A DNA stretch of 64,000 bases from Octopus bimaculoides (lineage: Eukaryota), in NCBI RefSeq assembly GCF_001194135.2, contig NC_069004.1, positions 22,780,334 to 22,844,333 of the forward strand. The letters are read 5' to 3'. The translations under genes were made by a program, and so were the position numbers. The notes below the pieces were generated by a model. That model saw nothing but the letters and a program-made list of their open reading frames with translations, ran no database searches and had not been told where the DNA came from. Shown here in pieces: positions 37,850-47,620 of the stretch; position 1 is the stretch's first letter, and every line of letters starts with the position of its first letter.

Positions 37850-39535
37850 TTTAAAAGTTGCTGAACACAGATTTCAAAATTTTCGCTAAGGTATTAGCAA
37901 AGAGGTTGATGCTTGTTGTCATGGAACTGATTGGTGATGTGCAAACATGTGCCATCACAAGCAGATCCATTTATGACAACCTCCACCTCATGTAACATTG
38001 TAGACAGGGTGGGTAAAGAAGCTGGCATGGGTGGGGTCTTGTTCAATTTGGATCAATCTAAAGCCTTTGGTAGGATTGACCACCAATACTTGGTAGCCGT
38101 TCTCATGGTGGTCAGCTTTGGTCCTGTTTTGTGAATTGCCACAATGTACAGCTACATCTGCTTAGTAGTCCAGGTTGTGGTTACCTTTCAGGTCTGTCAA
38201 GGGTGTCCATGCCCATCTCTTCTGTATGTACTGGCTCTAGAACCACTACTGCATAAATTGGAGGTGTTGAGAGGCATCCTGCACAAACTAGGATGTGGGA
38301 GAGCCATGTCAGCATATGCAGACAATGTCACTGCCATAGTGTTGAGCACTAAGCACACAGATTTGGTCGGCTTTAAAAGTATATGAGGTGGCAATAGGAG
38401 CAAAAATTAACCAAGAAAAGTCAGTGAGGGTTTTAGACAAAATGCTTCGGTGGTATTTCTTCTTCCTCTTGACATTCTGAGTTCAAATTCTGCTTAGGAC
38501 AACTTTGCCTTTCATCATTTGAGTATCAGTCAAATCTTGGGATCAATGGTATCATCAACTTATCTCCTGCAGAGCTCAGACCTGGAGAGGCAGGTCCATG
38601 TTTCCAGTGTCATTGGATGTTGGGCAGAGGGACCGATTAAATTGCTCAGGATCTGGTTTGGTCTGGATCTCCAGGTTGAGAAGAACTGGGATGAAATGAC
38701 AAGTAGGGTAGCCAATCACACCCAGAAACGGGCCAAAAGAAAGCTTTCCCTGAAAGGTTGAGCAGAGGTAGCAAATGCTTACATCACCTACATTATATAT
38801 TACCACATGACCATTGCCTCAGTTTACATGAGACCAAACTGGAGCATATACTCTTTCACTTTCTGTGGAGTGGAAGCATTCCACTGGTCAGGTGCTCCAT
38901 CTGCTGTCAACACCCATTGAATGGAGAGCTGGACCTGCTATGGCTACTGATGTGCAGACATACGCTAAGGTTATGACATCTCTAGCACTTCCTTACAAGT
39001 GAGCAGGTGTGGTCACTGTTAGACAGGATTTTCCACAACTTATCTCTTTGACTGAGCTGTAGTCCTGGATCAAGCGTAGACCAAGGGAGGGTGCCTAACA
39101 CTTAGAGTGTTGTCAAACACTCACAATCTTCAGTCAGTCAGACAATGCAGATAGTGAAAGTTCAACTCTGGCATTCTCTAGAAGGTTAATGGCAAGTAAG
39201 TGCAACAATGTTCTTGAGGAGGCTTTGGGTGTCAGCAAGAATCAACTGTTCCTTTAGGTTGGCCTATGGATAATTTCCAAAAATCCCTGGCCTGGCAGAG
39301 TTACCAGGGGGTATTTCCAGTTTGGGATGAACTCTACAGGCATGGAAGTGCTGTCAGAGAGGCTTTCCCAAGATGCACACAGAGTGACAAATCGGTTCTG
39401 TATGCTTTCATTCAGATCCAAGGACTGCAGTGTGCCCCTGTGTCTGCTTGGTATGGCTTCTATAGTTGGACACCCTTTTAATGCCAACCTCTTAACAGCA
39501 TGTACCAGATACTTTCTTTGTGCCACAAGCAACTC
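37850..39535 (+). mobile_element. Tx1/L1-clade LINE RT to C-terminal fragment
   Basis: LFNLDQSKAFGRIDHQYL, QGCPCPSLLYVLALEPLL, SAYADNVT, GAKINQEKS, IKLLRIWFG. Confidence 0.9.
38427..38571 (+). repeat. 145-bp local duplication of 36847-36991 inserted into the Tx1 LINE
   Basis: 142/145 identity, no indels. Confidence 0.93.
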
Positions 39536-39941
39536 TTATTATATATGTATGTGACTTTGTGCCTGTGTTTGTCCCCCGCTAACCACTTGACAACCAGTGT
39601 TAACATTGGACTGTGTAGTCTTATATATTCCAAAAGACAGGATAGTCATGGTTGAAACACCTTTGATCATAAGTTTGCTCAATTAGGTCATTTTTGTTTT
39701 ATTTCTGCCTCTGTCAGAGGAATGATGACCAAATGTTTGAAGCAGTCAACATCAGTAAAGACCCACCCCCTCCGTGAGCCAAATGATAGTATTAAACTGA
39801 GTGATAAGTGAAGTCTACCTCCTTGAGACTAAACAACAACAACAAACTGGGGAGCTACATGGGTTGTGTACGTGTTTGGGTGGGTTGGGGAGTCTTTTTT
39901 TTACAATATTGAAGTTGATTTCTTGTGCTCTTAAAAAACAG

Positions 39942-40102
39942 GGTTTCTCCATGCTACACTGAAAACCAGCGCCAGGAACGAATTCAGAGACAAAAACAGA
40001 AACAAGAAGAATTCCAAAGAATACGCAACAATAACAAACCCCAACAGAAAACTGAAGGAACAAATACTGCTGCTGGTGGTGGCAGTGGTGGTGGCAGTGG
40101 TG
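39942..40102 (+). CDS. RAD52: RAD52 exon: VSPCYTENQRQERIQRQKQKQEEFQRIR...GGGSGGGSG (RPA-binding-like segment)
   Basis: Resembles vertebrate THQRKLRQKQLQQQF; acceptor aaacag ending 39941, donor G|gtaagt at 40103; phase 2 in matches GA+G from the previous exon. Confidence 0.85.
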
Positions 40103-40365
40103 GTAAGTGTATTTATGTTTTTGATGGTGATGGTGATGACAGTGATGATAGTGGTGGAGATGACGGGGAAGATGATGATGGCAATAATGAGGATTAGCTA
40201 TGAGAATGCACTCCTGATACTTTCACGCTAATGGTGGCAGCAGCAAGGAGGAGGAGGAGGAGGGGGAGAGGGAGAAGGAGGAGATGGAGAGTCAGAATCA
40301 AAACTGATTTCTTAAACAACAAAACCTTTGTATGAACATGCTTGCCTTTTATGTTGATGTGCGTT

Positions 40366-40403
<38 letters not shown>

Positions 40404-40690
40404 TGTTTTTATATCCCATTTTCCCTACATGCATGGGTTGGATAGGTTTTCTCCAGCACAGTGTCTCCCCAGTCATTCATGATCTCCTTTGTGAGGTTCA
40501 AACTCTTAGATAAGCAGTTACCAAATATTTTCTATGTCTTCACAGAGAATAGGTACCTGAGTTTGGTTGAAGCCATGTGATAAAGGTTGTATCAAAAAGC
40601 AAGACCAAGTGGAGATGCATCAAACATCAGCTCAGATAAGTAGTTAGGCGCATCCAACAAGTTCCCAGAATTAAATCACTTTGGCATTAA

Positions 40691-40906
40691 CCCTTCAGCA
40701 TTTAAACTGTCCATATCAAGCCCAAATATTCTACATTGTTTTATGGTCAAACCAACCAGATCTGGCTTCTCATGCATCTACTACAATGTCATTCTAAAAA
40801 TAAACACTTCATCAAAATCTCAAAGTTATGAGATTATGTCTGATTAATCCAAACAATGTGAATAAATAATAGTTACGTTTGTTACAGTAATGTGAATGGA
40901 AAATGG
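40691..40906. mobile_element. piggyBac-type MITE; a possible second one starts at 16561
   Basis: TTAA-CCCTT start at 40687-40695; degenerate atgg-TTAA end at 40903-40910. Confidence 0.6.
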
Positions 40907-42289
40907 TTAAAAATGGGGAAGCACTTTGAATCATAACAAGGAATAGGGCATTGAAAAATTGTTACTAAAACAAATGGGGCAGTATTTTAAAAAGTTTGAG
41001 GAGCACAGTTCTTCAATTTTCTTAAAAAAAGAAAAAGCAAATGGCTTAATATTTCTTCTTCAGATTCCAAAAATCCAAAGAATAAATCCATCTGTGATAA
41101 AGCAAATGAAAGTACACGTAGCATATCTTCTCGCTCAGATGACCGCAGTCTTTTGCCAGAAGATCTCTTTGGTAAATATTTCTTAGAAAAATTATGATTT
41201 CTTTTTTTTTTTTTCACAAAAATGTTGACAACAATCAGAGATGAAGTAACAGTGACTTTGAGGTAAGAAGTTTGCTTCCCAGCTAAATGGTTTTGGGTTC
41301 AGTTGCACTGCACAGCACTTTGCACAAGTGTCTTCTCTCTAGCCATGAGCAAACTAAAATCTTTTGAGTGGATTTGGGAGACAGAAACTGAAAGAAGCCT
41401 GTTGCATATACGTGTGTGTATGTGTTGTCTCCTTGCATGATAGTTGTGATTGACACTGTCATGTAAGCAGTGTCCTTCATTCCCAATCTTCCATGGAAAA
41501 TATGTCTGGTCATGGGTAAATATTACCTTACTTGGAAATAAGTGAAGGTTGGCAACAGGAAAAACATCCAGCCATAAAAAATCTTCCCCAGTGAGTTCTG
41601 TCTGTCCCATACAATTTTGGAAAAGTGGGTATTTAAACAATGATGATGATGATATATAAGAAGGGTATCCACCCATGATTGGTGTATCACTGCTACTGTT
41701 CTGGTTGATTGCACTGAAAATGCTTTTGTTAACAACTGATTCTGAAGGTGTCAAATTTGAAAATCTTTGTTGAAGTTGAATAAACTTCTCTGTGGTACAA
41801 ATCAGCACGTTTAGCTATTAACCCAATGGTCAAATTTCTCAAGGCAGTGCCCCCAGCATAACTGCAGTCTAATGACTGAAACATTTCTCTGACCACTTTT
41901 TCCTTTATTGTTTTTGTTGTTGATACTATTGACTTTTCCTTCAGTATTCAAAGCAGATGACCACTGATGTCTTCTCTTCTCTCTGGTATTATCTACTGTT
42001 TTCATAAAAACAGTGCCAGTTACTTGCTGAGCAGACACTTCTCTCTCTGTTTGTTTCAATTAGACACTCTTTCATTCTAGGTGTATTATATTTATCTTTG
42101 GTGAATATTATTTCTTCAAGGGATCTTTGTTTTTTGGGTTTTTTTTGGTTTTTTAAAGGAAATCTAACAATTTTGCAAAACAAAATTTAAAATCCAATTT
42201 TACCCAATCCCTCTGATGAGGTGTGGGCTTCAAGTAAAATGGAAAATCTCACCAAAAAGAAGTGGCTTTCTTCCTTCATATAGATAACA

Positions 42290-42745
42290 AGCATTATTAA
42301 ATCAAACACCACCCAATTTCAGGGGAAAACATGAAAAACATGAAACCTTTCTTGTTAGTGTTGATCCTGTTTGTGACTTTTGTGGTGCACCTTGAAAAAC
42401 AAATGGATGTTCTAAGTTCCTCAAATGTATAAACTAATCGCTACGATAGACTTGGTCAGTATTAGTACTGGGTCGCATGCAAGAAGTCTGAATCCCATAT
42501 GAAAAGAACTGGTGGGAATATAAACCTGCCAAAGTAGTAGAATATAAAGATGTCACTGTTCTTTAGGACTTTAGTATTCAAACTGAGTGAGCTATTGAGG
42601 CCAATAGACCAGGTACTGTGGTTAAAAAATCACATTGACAAAACATGTTTGATCACTGCAACACTCCTGTAAAATCATCTGAAAAGTTAAGTAAATACAA
42701 GGAACTTGAAATAGAAGTCTCAGAAATGTGGCATCTAACAACTGC
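42290..42745 (+). mobile_element. R4/Dong-clade LINE fragment (RLE domain)
   Basis: DFSIQTE..IEANRP...EKLSKYKELEIEVSEMWHL. Confidence 0.8.
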
Positions 42746-42769
42746 TCTCGTTCTCATGTCCACAGATGT

Positions 42770-43110
42770 AGCTGTATGGTAAGAAGCTTGCTTCCAAACC
42801 ACAGGGTTCCAGGTTCAGTTACACTATAACCCCAGGCCAACCAATTCTTTGTGAGTGGACTTGAGAGATAGAAACTGAAAGAAGCCCATCATGTGTGTGA
42901 GTGTGCCTGTGTTTGCCCTTGCCCTATTGCTTGACAACCAGTGTTGGTTTGTTTATGTCCCCATAACTTAGTGTTTCAGCAAAAGGACCAATAAAATATG
43001 TACTGGACATAAAAAAAAATATTGGGGTCGATCTGTCTGCCTAAAACACTTGAATGTGGTGCCCAACATAGCTACAGTCCAATGACTTAAACATGTAAAA
43101 GATAAAAGAT
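42770..43110 (+). mobile_element. SINE family A
   Basis: gtagctgtatggtaagaagcttgcttcc...gacttaaacatgtaaaagataaaaga. Confidence 0.8.
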
Positions 43111-43222
43111 GCAATTACTGATCCAGATTCATTGATGGATGGGTATTCCATTTAAGGTACGCCAGTAACTTAGGGGTACTTTAACATGAAAGTTTAATTT
43201 TTCTTTGTTTTTATTCTTTTAG

Positions 43223-43474
43223 ATGACCACGATGTATGGAACCAGTCCCTTGATGCTGAGATTGTCAACTTAGAAACTGCCTTGTTATCATCAGACAAGG
43301 TGACAACAGCCTTGACTGAAATGGTGCTGAAATCTTCACCAAGCTCTCAGAAACTGCCTTCTGCTGTCCAAACCTTAAATGATGGCCTGTCCTGTGTATC
43401 AGCAATTTCTAGACTGTCTCCACGCAACCCAAGAGGTTGTGAAAAAGTGCTGCAGCTGATCAAAGATACGAGAG
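43223..43474 (+). CDS. RAD52: RAD52 exon: (D)DHDVWNQSLDAEIVNLE...LIKDTR
   Basis: Acceptor ttattcttttag ending 43222; open frame. Two phase-1 donors are possible: AG|gtgtgc at 43475 (preferred, +5 G) or AG|gttgtg at 43436. Confidence 0.7.
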
Positions 43475-43520
43475 GTGTGCTTGTTGTGGTTTTGTATTGT
43501 TGCAGATCATTAGTATTATA

Positions 43521-43988
43521 GGTTTCAAATTTTGGCACAAGGCCAGTAGTTTCGGGGAAGAGGGAAAGCCAATTAAAACAACCCCAGTGCTCAACTGGTA
43601 CTAATTCTATCGATCCTGAACGAATGAAAGGCAAAGTTAATCTCAGCAGAATTTGAGCTCAGAATGTAAAGATGGATGAAATGCCGCTAAGCATTTTGCC
43701 TGGTGTGCTAATGGTTCTGCTAGCTCGCTACCTTCATTACTGCCACCGCTGCTGCTACTACTACTACTTCAAGGGCGGAGAGTCAGCAGTCATTAGTGCA
43801 TTGGGCAAAATGCTTAGTGGCATTTCTTCTAGCTCTTTATGTTCTGAGTTCAAATTCCACCAAGATCAATTTTGCCTTTCATCTTTCCGGGGGTCAATGA
43901 AATAAGTACCAGTTGAGCATTAGTATCAATGTTATTGACTAACTCTCTTCCACTTAAAAATTGCTGGCCTAGTGCTATAATCTGAAAC
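43521..43988. mobile_element. Head-to-head family-B SINE pair (- 43521-43735, + 43771-43988)
   Basis: Arms about 215 bp, roughly 75% complementary, 35-nt spacer. Confidence 0.85.
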
Positions 43989-44105
43989 AATATTTTTACT
44001 ACTACTACTACTACTACTGTCATTACCATTATCACTCCTACCACACCCACTACTGTCATTATCCCTCAAACATCACCAATCATCTTTTCATTACTACCAC
44101 CACTG

Positions 44106-44163
<58 letters not shown>

Positions 44164-45009
44164 ACTTACATAAAATCTCGCTATATGTATATCCAACCAC
44201 CAAAAAATTAGGTGCCACTGTTTTTGCCCTTCTCTGTTGGTTTAATAGGTTGGATGATTCAGTGTCCATTCTGTTATCTTAGAAACTATTGAGACTAAGA
44301 AGTTCCAATTCTATTTTTATCAATAATTCTTCAATTACTAAATAAAAATATTTTAATTTTTATTTGCTCTCAACCACCACTCTCTAATAAAAGCCAAGAA
44401 TCTGGTACATTAGGTTTTTCATTTACCACTGCAATTATGTCCTCACACTCCTCATCTGATAGAGAACACTGTGACCTTGAGTGGTTGCCCTCATCAAGCT
44501 ACTGAGGTTGTCATTGGTGCTATCCTGGACTTGACAGACAAACTAACTCAGTAATCTTGATGATGTCTCATCATGGAGGATGTTTCTTTCTCTCTTCATT
44601 TTGGATGATATTTCCCTGTCGGTGGCCTCCAATTTTTTCTTGAGCTTGAATGCAAAGGACTTAACCATGTTCAAAAAGCTGATGGTCTTCAGATCACTGT
44701 GGTTAACAGCTAGAGTAACAGACAAAGCATGCCTTTTCGTTTCCTCTATCAGACTGGAACCTGCCCTGTGGGTGCTGTCAGTGTGTCTGGGAGAGAACTG
44801 AGAAAGTTGATATTTAGTGCATGCAGTTTAATATTGCATTAGATCATCTTATATTAATAACTTGCTAGAGTTTGTTCACATATACCCAGTGAACTCTGTA
44901 TTTAAACCAGTTCTATCCAATGTGTCTTAGAGTATGTGATAGCAACATTAAGTATACTAACTAGTTATATTTTAGTATGTCATGTGGTGTGACACAGATC
45001 ACACCTACA

Positions 45010-45215
45010 TTGGTTTCAAATTTTGGCACAAGGCCAGCAGTTTCAGGGGAGGAGTTGAGCCAATTACATCGACTCCAATGCTTAACTGGTACTTATTTTA
45101 TCAACCCCAATTGGATGAAAGGCAAAGTCATTTGAACTCAAAACTTGAAGATGGAAGAAATGCTGCTAAGCATGTTGCCCAGCATGCTAACAATTTTGCC
45201 AGCTCACCACCTTAA
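45010..45215 (-). mobile_element. SINE family B; further - copies at 45560-45640, 56120-56290 and 61400-61590
   Basis: caaattttggcacaaggccagc...ggatgaaaggcaaagtc. Confidence 0.8.
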
Positions 45216-45840
45216 AGATGACACCTTTAGTAAGTAGAGAAACCATCTGTTCAATGTGCTATGTGAGGTGTGTGACATCTGCATTATGTGTTAGGTGACA
45301 GCCGATAGCCACATTAAGGATAACAGATCAGCTGTATTTATTGTTGTTGTGTGACAACCATAAACGTAATATAAAATGACAAAAGAAACATGATCCCACA
45401 TCGTTGGTACACAGCAGATCTATTTGCTGCCTGTAATAGAACAAGTTTCAAATATATCCAACATGGATTTCAGTTGACTGTGGCCATTCTGAAGTACTAT
45501 TTTCAAAGGTGTAGTCAATTACAGTGATTCCTGTTTTTATTTCACCTATTCTGGCACCTATTCTCTTGATTTCAAAGGGATAAAAAGCAAAGTGAACTTG
45601 AGCAGAATTTAAAGTAAGAAAGTAAAAAGACGTAACCAAATACAAAATATTAGATCTGATTCTTTATTGATTCTTCTTTCCACCTACCACACGAAGAGAA
45701 CAAAGTCCTCTGATTCATTTGTCAACATTTTCGGTTATTATAAGTCGGATATCTCTCCCAATTATGTAATATAGTTAATGGGTAGGGCTATGTGTTTTTT
45801 TTAATTAATTTCTTTATTTTCATTTTATATTTTTGTACAG

Positions 45841-45878
45841 ATGAATTCCGCATAAAAAAGCAACGTCTTGACATATAA
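45841..45878 (+). CDS. RAD52: RAD52 terminal exon: (D)EFRIKKQRLDI*
   Basis: Strong acceptor ttttgtacag ending 45840; basic KKQRLD parallels the human C-terminal KKRKYD NLS; TAA at 45876-45878. Confidence 0.85.
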
Positions 45879-45905
45879 GAAAAGAATAATTTGTGGCTAC
45901 AACAG

Positions 45906-45911
45906 AATAAA
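45906..45911 (+). terminator. Candidate polyadenylation signal (AATAAA); alternatives at 46510 and 46772
   Basis: Hexamer 28 nt after the RAD52 stop; no transcript evidence. Confidence 0.3.
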
Positions 45912-46100
45912 CCACATTTCCTTCTTGGTAACACATTGACCATATACAAACATCAGTTATTTACAGTTCCCTTTAATGACATGTGGAACAAGTATCAACC
46001 AATCACAGTTCGTATTAAGCATCATTTAGTAGAAACAACAACCAATTAGAGTTTGTTTGAAACATCACATGTGATAGAAATTTACACCAATCACATAAAT

Positions 46101-46277
46101 CTATAAATAATAGCATGTAAAATATTGGGTTGGAAAATCCGTTTGGCATAGAAAAAGTCAAAGGCTGCCCATGGGACTCGAACTCCTTTTTTTTTTCTGT
46201 TGCCTCGCAGGCAGTCTTTGACCTTTGATATCCAAAAGGGTTTCTTCAAGTCAATATTTACATGCTGTTATTTATAG
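46101..46277. repeat. Imperfect inverted repeat (about 68-bp arms, 40-bp loop), MITE-like
   Basis: ctataaataatagcatgtaaaatattg...aagtcaaaggctgcc versus ggcagtctttgacc...caatatttacatgctgttatttatag. Confidence 0.85.
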
Positions 46278-47124
46278 CTTTATGTGTTTCAAGATTCACT
46301 GTTCCAAAAAAGGATTATTTCACATTCTCTCAAAAGTTTATGTTGTCAGCAACAAATTCTTATGATGTCATGTCTTATATCAATATCACATGAGATAGAA
46401 GTAGAAACCAACTGCAACTGCTTCATAATGCCAATGTGAGCCAATATTGAAATAGAACAAATATGTAGAAGTTCCAACCAATTGCAGACAGTTTCAACAT
46501 CATTCATGAAATAAATAATAACCAGTTGTGATTTATTTTTATAATTTCAACCCATATCTTAATTACCAATCAATTAGAATTCATTTCGACATTGTGATAA
46601 CAACACCAGCACAAGACAATGGCAATGGACTTCTTCAATAAGAACAAGATACACAATTTTAACAATATGATTCCATAATATCATTATTGAAAAATAGAGA
46701 GGAAAACAAGGCTTAAAATAAATTATATGCAAATAACAAGAAAGCAACTCAAAAGATATCATTCTGAGAAAAATAAATCAAACTTTATTTTAAAAAATCC
46801 CAAATTTCTCTGACCAAGAGGAAATTTTTTATTTATGATGACCAAATTCATATTCGAATTTCTTAACTATTTTAAATAACTCTATTTTTCAATGAAATCT
46901 TATGTTGTGTTATCATCCCTGATAACATTTGAATTTAAATTATTTTACAGATTGTAAATTAAAAATTGATTTTTAAAGACATTTTAATAATCTGTGTATG
47001 TATGTATCTGTACATATGTATGTATGTATGTGTGTGTGTATGTATATATATATATATATATATATATTTACATATATATATATATATGTATATGTATATA
47101 TATGTATATATATATGTATGTGTG

Positions 47125-47161
<37 letters not shown>

Positions 47162-47209
47162 CAAGTGAGAGAGAGAGATAGACATTATGTAATATATGTA
47201 AATATATAG

Positions 47210-47480
47210 ACTATTTTATCTGGTTTACAGACTAATTTACGTAACTCACTGTTTTAAGTGGGACAAACTATTTTATATGATCCACAAACTATTTTGTGTA
47301 CCCCACCCACCGACTGCCTATTTTATGTGACTCTCAGAGTATGTTACCTGGTTTACAGCATATCTTAAGCGACTGACATTCAGGTTATTTCATGGATCAC
47401 AGATTATTTTATGTGATACCCCCATCCCTGTTATGTTCTCACATGCTATTTGTCCCCCACACTATTTTACGTCGTTACTT
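47210..47480 (+). repeat. Degenerate minisatellite (actattttatgtga-type units)
   Basis: Recurrent (a)ctatttt(a/g)(t/c)(g/a)t motif, at least six times. Confidence 0.5.
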
Positions 47481-47620
47481 GATCATCTCTGATATGTAGT
47501 GTCAGATGTGAAGCAGTATTTTTTATTCATTGATCTGATACACCCAAAGGATCAAGTGGGAGCTGTCAGTCCTTCCTAACTTATTCTACTTACAACATAA
47601 ATATATGGGCTTTGTATATG

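Larger units (their letters stand above)
902..45878 (+). other. RAD52: RAD52 gene, 5'-partial (six exons in window, introns of 2.6, 2.0, 33.8, 3.1 and 2.4 kb)
   Basis: Exon peptides match the RAD52 N-terminal annealing domain, an RPA-binding-like QRQKQ segment and a basic C-terminal KKxR motif. All introns are GT-AG and phases chain 0-2-0-2-1-1-stop; spliced length is 1068 nt. Confidence 0.93.

Noticed and set aside
42205-42280. CTGATGAG followed by ggtg...cacc-AAAA, a possible hammerhead
   Set aside because: G12 is missing and stems I and III are unconvincing. A similarly eroded motif on the minus strand near 60470-60505 was also rejected.
44220-44800. Possible LINE ORF2 remnant on the minus strand (VKSFAFKLKKKL)
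   Set aside because: Similarity is too weak to assign without a search.
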